From Camelus ferus (lineage: Eukaryota): 64,000 nt of DNA. Positions within the stretch are counted from its first letter, which is position 1, and every line of letters starts with the position of its first letter. The translations under genes were made by a program, and so were the position numbers. The notes under the pieces were generated by a model that saw only the letters and a list, made by a program, of their open reading frames with translations, was not told the origin of the DNA and ran no database searches. The stretch covers positions 52,454,001 through 52,518,000 of the forward strand of contig NC_045707.1 of NCBI RefSeq assembly GCF_009834535.1. Reading direction: 5' to 3'. Below are positions 1 through 11,238 of this stretch, in pieces.

Positions 1-752
1 ATACACCTTTCTAGATTCTTTTTCAATTATAGGTTATTACAAGACATTGAATATAGTTCCCTGTGCTATACAGTAAATTCTTGTTTTTTAAGTCTGTTTT
101 ATATATGGTAGTATGTATCTGTTCATCCCATACTCCTAGTGTATCCTTTCCTCCACCCTGCCCTTTCTTCTTTGGTAACCATATGTTTGTTTTCTATGTC
201 TCTGAGTCTGCTTCTGGTTTATAAATAAGTTCATTTGTGTCTCTCTCTCTCTCTTTTTTTTTTTTTGGTTTAGATTCCACATATGAGTGACATCATACAG
301 TTTTTTTTTTTCTCTTTCTGGCTTACTTCACTTAGTATGATAAATTCTAGGTCCATCTGTGTTGCTGCAAATGGCAATGTTTCATTATTTTTTATGGCTG
401 AGTAGTATTCCATTGTACATATACACCACATCTTCTTTATCCATTCATCTGGTGATGGACATTTAGGTTGCTTCCATGTCTTGGCTATTGTAAACAGTAC
501 TGCTGTGAACATTGGGGTGCATGTATCTTTTCAAATTAGGGCTTCCTCTGGATATATGTGCAGGAGTGGGATTGCTGGATCATATGGTAACTCTGTTTTT
601 AGTTTTTAAGGAACCATACTGTTCTCCATAGTGGATGCACCAATTTACATTCCCACCAGCAGTGCAGGAGGGCTCCCTTTTCTCCACACCCTCTCCAGCA
701 TTTATCATTTGTGGACTTTTTGATGATGGCCATTCTGATCGGTATGAGGTGA
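1..752 (-). mobile_element. LINE-1 3' fragment (ORF2 C-terminus plus 3' UTR), running off the window edge
   Basis: ORF 270-512 [37 protein letters not shown] is the L1 ORF2 C-terminal signature. It is homologous to 55606-56507. Confidence 0.92.
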
Positions 753-1844
753 TTTAAAAATAACTTCTAGAGCTTCAGAAATACAAAAGCTTGCCACGGA
801 GTTCATGACAGTCCCAACTGAAGGCCAACAGAGGTTCGGGAAGTGTGGTCCTTATCTTGAATTATCTGCATAATTCCTCCTGTTTTCTGCATTTCGTTTC
901 GTGTTCCCTTATGAACTTGTGGGTTCTGCAATCATGAGCCTTGGCCTGGCACATCCCAAAATCTCAGTTAGAGCCAAATCTACTCTAAGCGTTTAAATGA
1001 CAGCCAGCTGTCGTTTGGATATCGAACTGGTGCCGCAGCGCTTTCAAACGGATGGAAAATCAATGTACAACTCGTCGGAGACGTGTGAAAAGTGGACAAG
1101 ATTTGTGAAACCAAATGTGGAGAATATTTTATTATTTTAAATTTTTTCTGACAGCATGGTCGTTTCCTTTGGCATCTGTACACTCTGCTTTTTAATTTGT
1201 TAAGGCTGATATACATATATTTGCATTTAGATTTACACCCTGTCATATAATAAACACTGAAAATCATTATAATTAAACGTGGTTAAATCTACATGTCAGT
1301 TTTCCTACAGGTTCACAGTATGGAGCCATACACAAAATCCCGAAGGTGGAATTTCTTCACGGGCTGCACACAGGAACCAGTGGACGTCAGTGTCTGCAGG
1401 TGTGTAACGGCTCCCACGCGGTTGGGAGTGTGCATTAGAGAATGGGATGTGGGGAGTATATCCCGCAGGGAGGCAGGGTTGGAGCAGAGCTGGGACAGAC
1501 CAAGAGCCTTCAAGTCCTCTTGGAGGCCTCTTCACTTAAATGCAACGTGTCTTGAACAGGATACAGTTCTGATTGACTGGGGATTTAGGGAAAATTTCTC
1601 TAAGGAAAAAAAGTACGTTAAACGAAAGAACTAAGCTTGAAACGTAAAAATGGGGGCCAAGCCCACAAGCTGCAATCTTAGGATGATGTGAGGAAGGCAT
1701 GTTTAACGACTGGACTGAGAAAAAGGTTTGAGCCCTGCCGCTGGCATCTCCTCTGAAGCGCTGTGACGCTGAGCCCCGCCAGCCACAAACAGCGCAAACG
1801 CCAACCACACATTTCTCAGATGCTCTGTGAATCATACTGACAAG

Positions 1845-2200
1845 GTACTGGGTCCCCAGCCTACCTCTGGGTTTGATGATTTGCCAGAAGGACCCATGGG
1901 ACCCAACATATAGTCAATGATACAGCAAAAGGGTACGAGGCAGAGTCAGCAAAGGGAAAAGCACACAGGGTGAAGCCCAGGGGAGACGGGCATAAACTTC
2001 CAGAACCTTCTCCCCGTGGGCTAATTCCTCCAGCAACACACTGTGATTCACCGTCAGGGGAGCTCTGCAGAGACTCTGGGAGCCAACTCTTGATGGGGAG
2101 CCCAGACTCTCAGATGCCAGCCTTCCTAATCAGCCGTCCGCACAGACACGACACACGTGTAAACTCACAATATTCCAGTCCTTCCTCAACACTTCCCTAA
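1845..2200. mobile_element. LTR relic, MER21-like (ERVL)
   Basis: tttgatgatttgccagaaggac..tcagcaaagggaaaag..ctaattcctccagcaac resembles the MER21C consensus as recalled. Confidence 0.6.
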
Positions 2201-3509
2201 GCCCCGGCCGACGGGGAGTTCACATCTGGTTATGCTAAAACTGTTTTGTTTCTTTTTTCATTTCCTTTCTTAGGACTACTCAGGATTATCTAAAAACAAA
2301 AAGAATACAAAGCATCGAATGCCCTGGTATTCAGTAAAATAATTTGTAAAAGAAATCACTGAAGAAACTTTTATGTTACGTAATTTTGTTTATGGACTAC
2401 TGAAAAGTAACTGCTTTCATCACTAAGAAAATTTTCTGCTTTCAACATGGAGCCAGCCTTTTTGAAAGGCAGATCAATATTTAGACACTTTGTAATATAT
2501 TTCTCCAGCCAGTCAAAGGGCATGTGGCCAGGTTTTAAAAATCTTTGACTATAACTCAATTAATGGTAAGTTTTTTTGGCCAGTTTTTACAAATGAGTAT
2601 CTACTAGGGAGTCATTTGAAGGGAAAAAAAGTGCAAAGTTTTCTGGGAAAATATGACCCAAGAGGCATTCATTTGCCAAATTTCACGTTTTAAATATTGT
2701 ATAATTCAGTATCATTATCAAACCAATTCAAAAGCATTCCCACTGGATCTTAATAAAACGACGCGTTACACAGCTCAGCATTAACAAGAACCATCTACGC
2801 TTATTTGCCCAAAACCTGGATGAAAAGCAAGCCTCAACCCTTGATCAGATCATCGCAAACCCGGAATGAATGAGGCTCCCCTGTAAAACGCTACTTTGCA
2901 CACGCAGGTGTGTGTTGGAGGCCAGCAGAGGGTAATCATTTAGCCTTTACTTTCATTGTGATTACACTAGAATTGTCTTAACTTTTCACCTGGCAAAATA
3001 TTTAAAGTGGGATCAAAATCATTAATAATAACAGAATTTTCTCCGTGATGAGCACACCCTCTCCACATGTGGCAGTAAGGTATGGACATAAACAGAACAA
3101 GATGCGAGTGACAGAAAACACCAGCTTTCGTCAGTTCCAGGTCACACTTGAACTCAAGCCACACGTGAGGTCTATCAGACGTTTATGAGAACCACCACAG
3201 AACTCTGCGGACACGTGTCTGACCGAGGGGGGCGGGCAGCAGGCTGGGGAACACGCTGCACCAGGGAAACCTAGCAGCTCTTGTGCGGGGGCCCCATAAA
3301 TTCATCGTGAGATGCAAAATTATGAGAACTACACTTAAGATTACTTAAGGAGCAAAAACGACTTATAAAGTGATATTTCCAGAAAATATGTGCAATTCAA
3401 AGGTGATTTGGAAATGTATATTTCATGTAAGAAAATAATAATTTTTATAATTATAATAATGCGTCTTAGCATTTATTATATTAAATAAAATCATATAAAT
3501 CAAGAATGA

Positions 3510-3880
3510 TTACCATATGGTAATCTAAATCTAATAATCTAATAATAATCTAAAAAAAAGTCAAGTGAACTTATTTAGAAACCAGACTGACAGACCCAGA
3601 AAACAAACACATGGTTACCAAAGGGGAAGGGAGGTGGGAAGGGATAAATGGGAAGTTTGAGATTTGCAGATACTAACTACTATATGCAAAATAGAGGAAC
3701 AACAACTTCCTACTGTAGAGCGCAGGGAACTATATTCAACCTCTTGTAATAACCTAGAATGAAAAAGAATATGAAAAGAACATAGATGTAACAGAATTAC
3801 TATGCTGTGCACCAGAAACTAACACAACATTGTAAATCGACTATGCTTCAATTTTAAAAAGATAAACAAACAAAAAACAC
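3510..3880 (+). mobile_element. 5'-truncated L1 3' UTR
   Basis: atggttaccaaagggga..agggaactatattcaa..acattgtaaatcgactatgcttcaatt followed by an A-rich tail; homologous to other copies in the window. Confidence 0.85.
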
Positions 3881-4979
3881 ATGGGGAAACATCATTCTCC
3901 AGCGATGACTATGTAAGTGGAAAATTTCAAACTGCTTGTTGACAGCAAGCACACCTGAGGCCCCCGCCCTTGGGCCCCCAAACTTGAGCTCTAATCAGAT
4001 ATTAGCCTCATGAATTCACAGGGAGGCACCCACACGGAAAATGCTTGATAGGACTTCTGGTCGTAGCATCATTCCATCCTCCTGACCCTTTGCTCACACA
4101 CTAGATTCCACTTTCTTCCCTAAGTCAACAGGATTCTGTGACTCTGTACAAAAGATACAGGACTGAGGATTTCAAAAAGTGACTCGGAAACAAAGAATGT
4201 CAAAGGCATGGCTTTAAAAGGGGTGGAGGGAGCTATGCTTAAGGGAAATAACCTGCAGCCTCGGAAATTTTGGCTCGAATTCTGTGTAAAATGTTTGACG
4301 CTGTTAAAGTACACCAAACCCGCTTCAAAACCCACAAGCCTCAATCCAGATCCTCCTGCGCCCTGCACCCCTCACCCAAACCAGCATCAGCTTCCCCAAA
4401 TGCTCTTTTGTTCACGGGGACCTACTGTGCAGCCCGAGCTAAGGTGCAGGGTTGCAAATTCATTGAAATTAGGGTCGAGAACATTATCAATGTTTTATGG
4501 ACAAAATTAATATCCTTTGTTTCTACTGCAGCCTTCACATCGCCAAGGGCACTTAAAATACTCTGCAATATTATCCTACTCAGATAAAATCAAGAAAAAA
4601 TGGGGCAATAAGCTGAAACAGAGGTGAAGAAATGAGGTAAGACCACAGACTCTGAGGATCAAAGCCTGGCCGCAAAAACCACACTATGCCAGGTGTCAGG
4701 CCCTCGTTACGTGGAGTCCATTTTTGGGTTGGAGCCAGTCACCTCTGGAGCAGAGAGCACAACACGGCCCTAGAATTTGACTCCTGAAAGCCCAGAGGTA
4801 CCAGTAAGCTTGCAACCCGCGGCGTGGTCCTGTGGCCACAAAGCCCACTCCTCGGCCCCGCCCCACGTCCGCACCGTGCACTCGGGTGGGTGGTGGTTCA
4901 TGGGTGGCCCTGGGGTCTCCACCCCTCGAATCTGGCGGGTCTTTGACCCACAGAAAGTCCCCGGGCCTCAGCCCTGAGA

Positions 4980-5221
4980 AACTGCACCTTCTACTTCCTG
5001 TGATTGGAACACGTCCAGGAGCCCTGAGCTTCCACTGAGAGTCCACATAGCGCGAGGCCACCCCAGGGGGCAGCTGAATACCAGCCAGTGACCCCGTGAT
5101 GCCTGTGGAACGAAGGTCACCCAGCCAAGCACGTCCTGACCCCCTCCCCATCACCAGAGGAAATACAACAGTTCTCAAAATTCGGGGGTAGTTTGTTACG
5201 TGCCCCTAGGTAGCTGGAACA
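4980..5221 (+). mobile_element. MaLR (MLT1-type) LTR 3' part
   Basis: Ends gggggtagtttgttac..gtagctggaaca, typical of an MLT1 terminus. Confidence 0.6.
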
Positions 5222-5364
5222 CTGTGTTTCTATCTCTTCCAGTTAATCCCCCTCCAAAGCCGCCTTGAATGGCTCTAACTATATAACACGAACGTGTGTT
5301 TATTAAGCATTAAGCCCCACCCTGCCCGCCTGCCCAGGGACCCCGGAGCCTCACATTCACCCAC

Positions 5365-5539
5365 CGATGAAGCCAGACGACGGGGGGTTGGGCTGGATCT
5401 TCTCCTCCGTGTTCTCCTGGATGATGTCCCAGAGCTGCCAGATGAACTTGGGGTGGAGAATGTAAAACGGCTGGTCCGGGTTTCTCCGCCGGTACTGCAC
5501 GTACGGCGTGAACAGGTTGTAGTCTGGCTTCTTGTACCA
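5365..5539 (-). CDS. ST6GAL2: ST6GAL2 coding exon (175 nt), start of sialylmotif S
   Basis: Boundaries TCTTCTCCTAG|TGG and ATCG|GTGGGT. Encodes [58 protein letters not shown](G). This frame is absent from the ORF track and was translated by hand. The next exon was not found in the window. Confidence 0.96.
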
Positions 5540-5771
5540 CTAGGAGAAGAGGAGCAGAATGCCGCCGTCAGGGACGGAGGGCCGCGCTGCGGGAGGGAAG
5601 CAGGGCGCACCCAGGCCAGGGGGCACCTGGAGGCCGAGGGGCCGGGCCGGGCTGGCAGGGTGCGGGCACCACCCCGCAGGCGCCGCCTCGCTGGAGGAGG
5701 GGCCGGGGGGCAGAGCCGGTCTAGCCTGCGGCCGATGCTTTACTCCCGGGTTACACGCGGGGAGAAGGGCC

Positions 5772-5982
5772 CAGGGCGGGTCAGCGGACTTTCCTGTAAA
5801 GGGCCGATGGCAAACACAGAAAGCTCTGGGGACCAGAGAGGCGCTGCTGCCACCGCTGGGCTCTGCTGTGGGCCTGGAAACAGCGGGGACGGGACGAGTG
5901 TGCGTGGCTGTGTTCCTGTAAAACTTTATCTGCACACACACGGGGCCAGACTTGGGCCACGGCTGCAGCCTGCTGACCCCCG
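5772..5982 (-). mobile_element. MER58A-like hAT-Charlie MITE
   Basis: Terminal inverted repeats gggtcagc..gctgaccc. Internal ctgtaaagggcc and gtggctgtgttcc.gtaaaactttat match MER58A as recalled. Confidence 0.75.
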
Positions 5983-6149
5983 GGGCAATCACTGTACTTC
6001 AAAAATACCTTCTCCAAATCTATTGTTTAGAAAGTTCTCAGTCAGTGCCTGGGTTTGGGGGTGGGTCTGGGAAGACAGATGAGGGGGCCCAAGGGAGCTC
6101 TCAGCAGCGATGGGAAGATTCTATTTCCTTTTTTTTCTAATCAAAAACA

Positions 6150-6266
6150 TTTTTTTTAAAGTTTATTTATTTATTTATTTTTAATGGCAGTACCAGGGAC
6201 TGAACCTAGGACCCCGTGCAAGTTAAGCTAGCACACGCTCCACCCTGAGCGCTATCCTTCTCCCCC
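6150..6266 (-). mobile_element. tRNA-derived SINE (camelid vic-1-like)
   Basis: The reverse complement has a tRNA-like head with A/B-box-like motifs (gctcagggtggagc; ggttcagtccc) and an (AAAT)n tail; homologous to 30578-30698. Confidence 0.8.
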
Positions 6267-7279
6267 AGTTCTGTCTTTTCATTGTGGTGGGGGCTATGTG
6301 GCTTCTACACGTGTTAACATCCATCAAATGGGCACACACTGATTATGCATAAATCATGGTAAGGAAAACATGAACAATAAGGTTGATTTTTTTTTTTAAA
6401 GTCTTCATAAGTGTCTGAGGTGCGGCCAAGAAACGGGATTTGGAGGTGTTGGGGGAGGGGCTCTGACGGTCCCTGCAAACAGATACCTCGGGCAGAGTGG
6501 GTGTCCATTAAGATCCCACAGAACAGTCCATGGTTGAATGTGGTCTGTGCCTTTAAAAATTCTGAGGACTGGCCAGAGCATCTTCAGTGAACTGTGCCCC
6601 CAAACTCCAAGGTGGTGAGAGGAAGGCAAGAGAACATGGGGGTCTTTTATTCCCCACCTCCCCTGGAGCCTCATATGAGACCCACAGAAAGCAGCCCACA
6701 GCCTTTGGCTTGGACAGCTCTGTGCCCTGGGCTGGGATGCTCCCAACACAAGCAGAAACAAGGCCCGACAGCTGGAGGCTCTCGTTGGTCCACAAACAGC
6801 AAGAAAACTGCCAGAACTTCAACTACAGAACCTCAGGCTGGAAGGAAGCTGACAAGTTCGAACGTCCATTGGAAGCTGATTCTCACTAGACGGCGTGTCT
6901 GAGAATCGACCAGACAGCGTCTCAGAAATGCACATCGAGGCTGTATGTGCCCAGATCCCTGGGAACAGGGCTTTGACAGGTACACCTGAAAACCATTCCA
7001 GGTGACTCTGCGGTGCGCTCCTGGTGGGGCACCAGTCACAGCTGTGCTTGGTACCCGTCCAGCCTCAGTCTCAGGGTCAGTGGGGACAGAACGCTCCTTC
7101 CAGAGGGACCACCAACCTTGGGCGGCTCTCTTAGAAAGTCGCCCCTTGGTGGTAAGACCTGTTTCATCTTAGGAAGCCGGCAGAGCAAGTCCCGAGACTC
7201 TGGTACAGCTGCTGACAGCATTGCTCACGAGGCTAAATTATAACCTATCTTCCCAGCCCTCTTTAAGAACAAGTTCACT

Positions 7280-7600
7280 GACTCACAGACATAGAAAACA
7301 AACTTAACGGTTATTGGTGGAAACGGAGTGGGGAAGGATAAATTGGGAGTTCAGGACTTGCAGATACAAACTACTACATATAAAACAGATAAACAACAAG
7401 GTCCTACTGTACAGCACAGGGCACTATATTCAATATCTTGTAGTAACCTACAATGATAACGAATATGAAAACCAATATATATGCATACAGAATCACTATG
7501 CTGTACACCAGAGACTAACGCAACATATTATGTCGACTATATTTCAATTAAAAACAGTGAAGTGTCCTTACAGCTCAAAAAAACCCAAAAAAGAAAAAAC
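7280..7600 (+). mobile_element. 5'-truncated L1 3' UTR with TSD
   Basis: L1 tail sequence flanked by acaagttcactgactc (7269-7284) and acaagtacattgactc (7601-7616). Confidence 0.88.
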
Positions 7601-8197
7601 ACAAGTACATTGACTCTTCATGCCAGATTTCACCAAAAGTAAATCGGCCATGAATGTAACTTACTTGTATTTTGGTGGTTAGTAATAATCTTGTTTATAC
7701 TAAATCATATCAGATTAAAAATACTTGGGGGCAGAAGCCAAGGCATGGCACACTCAAGGAAAGCTTGTAACAGATTCCATTTAAATAACAATGTGCTGTT
7801 GATTCACAAAGTTTAAACTGCCCTGCCAAGAACTTCCGATTTATTTCCAAAGATCTTATAACTACTTGGATGGTGATGTAACCCTCTCACAATGGAAAAG
7901 TTCTGAGTTTAATCAGCCCAGCCTCTGGAGTAACTAGGCATTTGTCGACATTTAGACATTTGTTTTTGTGTTTTAAATCCTTCAGGACAAAAACACTTCA
8001 GCACTAGATGGATTACGCTCACCACAAATGCTACTGAAACTGGGACTCAAACGGTGGGAACGTACATGAATTAAGTCAGCACCCAGGATTGGTTTCACTC
8101 TGCCTGTCGCAGTTTAATCCCTGACTAGCTTCTGTTATTTATCAGTCAAAGGCACTGTCTGACCCAGCAGGGCAGGGACACCAAAGGCAACACTTAC

Positions 8198-8299
8198 CAG
8201 GTTAAGGTTTGCAGAATAAGGAGCTGGGTCCCAGGCCACCAGGATGACGTCTTTATACAACGAACTGTCAATGAAGTGATGGCTGGGGTTGGTCAGAAT
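8198..8299 (-). CDS. ST6GAL2: ST6GAL2 coding exon (102 nt)
   Basis: Boundaries CTGCAG|ATT and CTG|GTAAGT. Encodes [34 protein letters not shown]; phase 0/0. Confidence 0.97.
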
Positions 8300-8487
8300 C
8301 TGCAGATACACAGAAAAATACTCAAACAAGTGATGGGTTCTTCAGGAGACCTGGGCCTGCCGGTGTGACTGTCCTCCCCCTGTGGGCTCGCTGGTCCTGG
8401 GTGAGTCCCTCAATCTCACCTGCCAATCATCTTTTTAAAGTACAGTTTGGGGAGAAAATGATGCCCTGATTTGCCTCAGTTTTAAGG

Positions 8488-8675
8488 TGTAATTTTCCCG
8501 CAGTGTTTAAGATGCACTTTTTTCCTTCACATGTTAATATTTATGAAGTCAGGACAGATCTCACAAATGACATGAGTTTTAATTGGCTGGGACTTAGCTC
8601 TTCCTCTCTGAGAAACTGTCATCAGACCGAGGAGGAATCTTCAATCATCAGCGTCTCTGAATTCAGGAAACAGGG
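8488..8675. mobile_element. MER104-like TcMar-Tc2 relic
   Basis: taagatgcacttttttccttcacatgttaata..gaagtcagga and terminal gaattcaggaaacagg resemble MER104 as recalled. Confidence 0.5.
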
Positions 8676-9255
8676 GCCGGTTTTTTACCTGTCTGCAGGC
8701 TGCAAGCCTTGGGACCTAGGATAATGCTAATATTTGTTCTGCAAGAAACCCCCATACATCGCTCATCACCCCATTTTTCCGATATAGTTTGAAATTATAG
8801 AAATTGTTTTGGTTTGTTCTGAGAACCACTTGGCTATGAATTTTGGAAAATACTCTTATTAGGAACAACTGAGAAGATATATTTTCATTTTAAAAATTTT
8901 CAAAGTTCCTGAGGTGCCTTGCTGACCCTTGAATTTTTGTTCCTTTGTTTTTCTCCCCTTCACCCCATGATTTCCTCCAACTTTCTTCTCTTCAGGTCAC
9001 AAAATGCGGTACACTACATAGGTATTTGCCCACATCTACCCCGACTTTTCCTTTTGATCTTATGTACTTATTTTTCTACTCACACGCATCACCCATGTTT
9101 CTCTGCATTTTTCCTCGTTAATTCTTTATAACTGCAAGACCCATAGAAATAAGCAAGTTCATGGTCATGGAAAACTGGGTGATTCCTCTTCATGCAGCCA
9201 GTTAAACTACTTCCCCATAAAACGTACACCCTTGAAAACCCTCCGTCCATCTCAC

Positions 9256-9353
9256 CTGGGAATTAATGATGCGGACGGTGGTTTTATTTCCAACATCCTT
9301 CTCATAACCACGCGTAGGAGCAGAGTTAAATCTCAAAACTGCGTCGTGGGAAT
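9256..9353 (-). CDS. ST6GAL2: ST6GAL2 coding exon (98 nt), remainder of sialylmotif L
   Basis: Boundaries CCCTTAG|AT and CAG|GTGAG. Encodes (D)[32 protein letters not shown]; phase 1 in, phase 0 out. Confidence 0.97.
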
Positions 9354-10603
9354 CTAAGGGCACATAAGTGAAAAATTCAAAATTTTTTTTTCTCTGCAGA
9401 ATCAGCATAATCTAGGAACACACCTTAAAGCAGATCTCTGGACACCTGAAGCTAACTGGGCGCCCATGAAGTTCAAATACCATACATATGTTTTTCTGTT
9501 CACTGTTTATTTAGAATGAGATCTTGGCTAGGGGGCAAACAAGCTTGAAAACATATACATCCGTTACAAGTGGTCCTGTATCGCCTAAGGGACATGTAGA
9601 TACTTGGCTCACATTCTTTAAAGCATCCGTTAGATGCAGCCTTTCTCCGGAAGGTTCTATCTGGAAGGTGGAATCTATGGGAACTGGGCTGGCTGCTGCT
9701 CGTTCCCCTGTGCCGAGCATGGGGGCGCTCATGGTGCGTGTAAAGCCACCACCTGCCCCAAGATCCGGTGTGTCTCATTCAATGGGATCAACAGCCTTCA
9801 GCGCAGCTTTACCCCTTCTGGGTGCTGGTTTGTGCCTAAGATGAAACCAGCCCTGATTTCTGTGCACTGTTACATTCTGCTAAGCCAAGAAGACCCTGCA
9901 TCTCAGCAATGTCAAGGTCTGACCACCTGCAGCAGCCCTGGAGCGGGGCAGGGCCACCGATGGCGCGGGCTCCCAGTAAGGGCCCTCGAGGTTCACCAAG
10001 CTGCAGCTACAACAGGCGTCTGCGTCTCTCGTCATCTGACTTGATGGTCAGACCCATGTTCTCTCAGCTCCCGGGGGAAAGCCAGCCTCCCATTTCACGG
10101 AGACAAAGAGGACAGGTGGAGGACAGCGGGCTTGTGATTAAGGGGTGGGGTGGGGACACACTCCCTTTCCACAAAGCAGTCGAGACACATACATATGTTC
10201 CGAAATTTCTAGAGCCACCTCATGTGTTTCCCAAACCCTGGCTGAAACCAGAGTTAACCAGCAATAGGGAATTTCTATGGGCTTTCTTTAGCTTCAAAAA
10301 TCCCACGCACATTTCTAGTTTAACTTGGAGCAACCACAGTGCCTGTTTGTGAGAGACTGAGGGGTGAGATCAGGTATTTCTGACTTGCCAAACAGCCTGC
10401 AGGTGCTGTGACCATACCCCACACAAGCCCCAGAGCAGCTGGCCTTCCTCCCATGAGTCTGATCCCCTCTGGGTGGTCTCCTGGGGACAGAGCCTCATCC
10501 TCCCCAGACAGCAGAAACTCAGTGTGCGCGCCATCACGAAAACCACGTTACCAAACAGTGTGCCTTTCTCCAAAGCCCAGAACTCAGAAGATTAAATTGA
10601 ATT

Positions 10604-10742
10604 TTTAATTTTTAATTTTTTTTTGTGGGGAGGAGGTAACTAGGTTTATTTACTTACTTTTTAATGGAGGCACTGGGGAGTGAACCTAGGACTTTGTGCA
10701 TGCTAAGCACGCGCTCTGCCACTAAGCTGTGCCCTCCTCCCC
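10604..10742 (-). mobile_element. tRNA-derived SINE (vic-1-like)
   Basis: Reverse complement gggaggagggcacagcttagtggcagagcgcgtgcttagcatgcacaaagtcctaggttcactccccagtgcctccattaaaaa, then the aacctagttacctcc tail. Confidence 0.85.
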
Positions 10743-10862
10743 AGAAGGATTTGGATTCCAGTTTTGAGCACTCACATTACTACACTTTTGGAAGACAGCG
10801 CATAAAGGGTGCCTGGCTATACCATCTGGAAACCCTACAGTGTTCTTTTAGGGGAAACTTTG

Positions 10863-11043
10863 CAGGAGCCGGCAAGCTACAGTGTGTTTTAGGGAGCAAC
10901 CCTGCACCCCCGCAGCGCAGACTCACCCCTGCATTAATCTGTCGTCTGTAACAGCAGAGCTGAGTTGTGACGGAGGCCCTGAGGCTCACGCTGCCTAAAA
11001 TATTTACTACCCGGCTCTTAAAAAGAAAGTTTGCCAATCCCCA
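10863..11043 (+). mobile_element. MER58-like hAT MITE
   Basis: Starts caggagccggcaagctac and ends gcctaaaatatttactacccggctcttaaaaagaaagtttgccaatcccc. Confidence 0.7.
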
Positions 11044-11238
11044 GATTTTAGGTGATCTATGCTTTGTGTAAATGATGCCCCAAACTCAAACGTTTACAAT
11101 TTTCTTTCCTTCACAATTTAGGCACTCTTTTGCATTTTTGGGGTGTAACTATTTGCCATATGATTTATTATTATTGAAGAGTGTTTCATCATAAAATTTC
11201 AAGTGATATTTGAGCTAGAAAAATCAGACCTCCCAAAA

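Noticed and set aside
1430..1480. gagtatatccc (EYIP) resembling the ST6GAL2 last exon
   Set aside because: It is on the wrong strand, and the flanks lack the expected HVYEY and motif III/VS sequence. The true last exon should be outside the window.
5294..6082. 262-aa plus-strand ORF overlapping the 175-nt exon
   Set aside because: It starts at a non-ATG codon, mirrors a GC3-rich exon in antisense, runs into a MER58A relic, and has no recognisable domain.
8075..8095. REST/NRSF RE1-like TCAGCACC half-sites (also about 13672, 18729 and 50024)
   Set aside because: None has a proper GGACAG right half at canonical spacing; consistent with chance.
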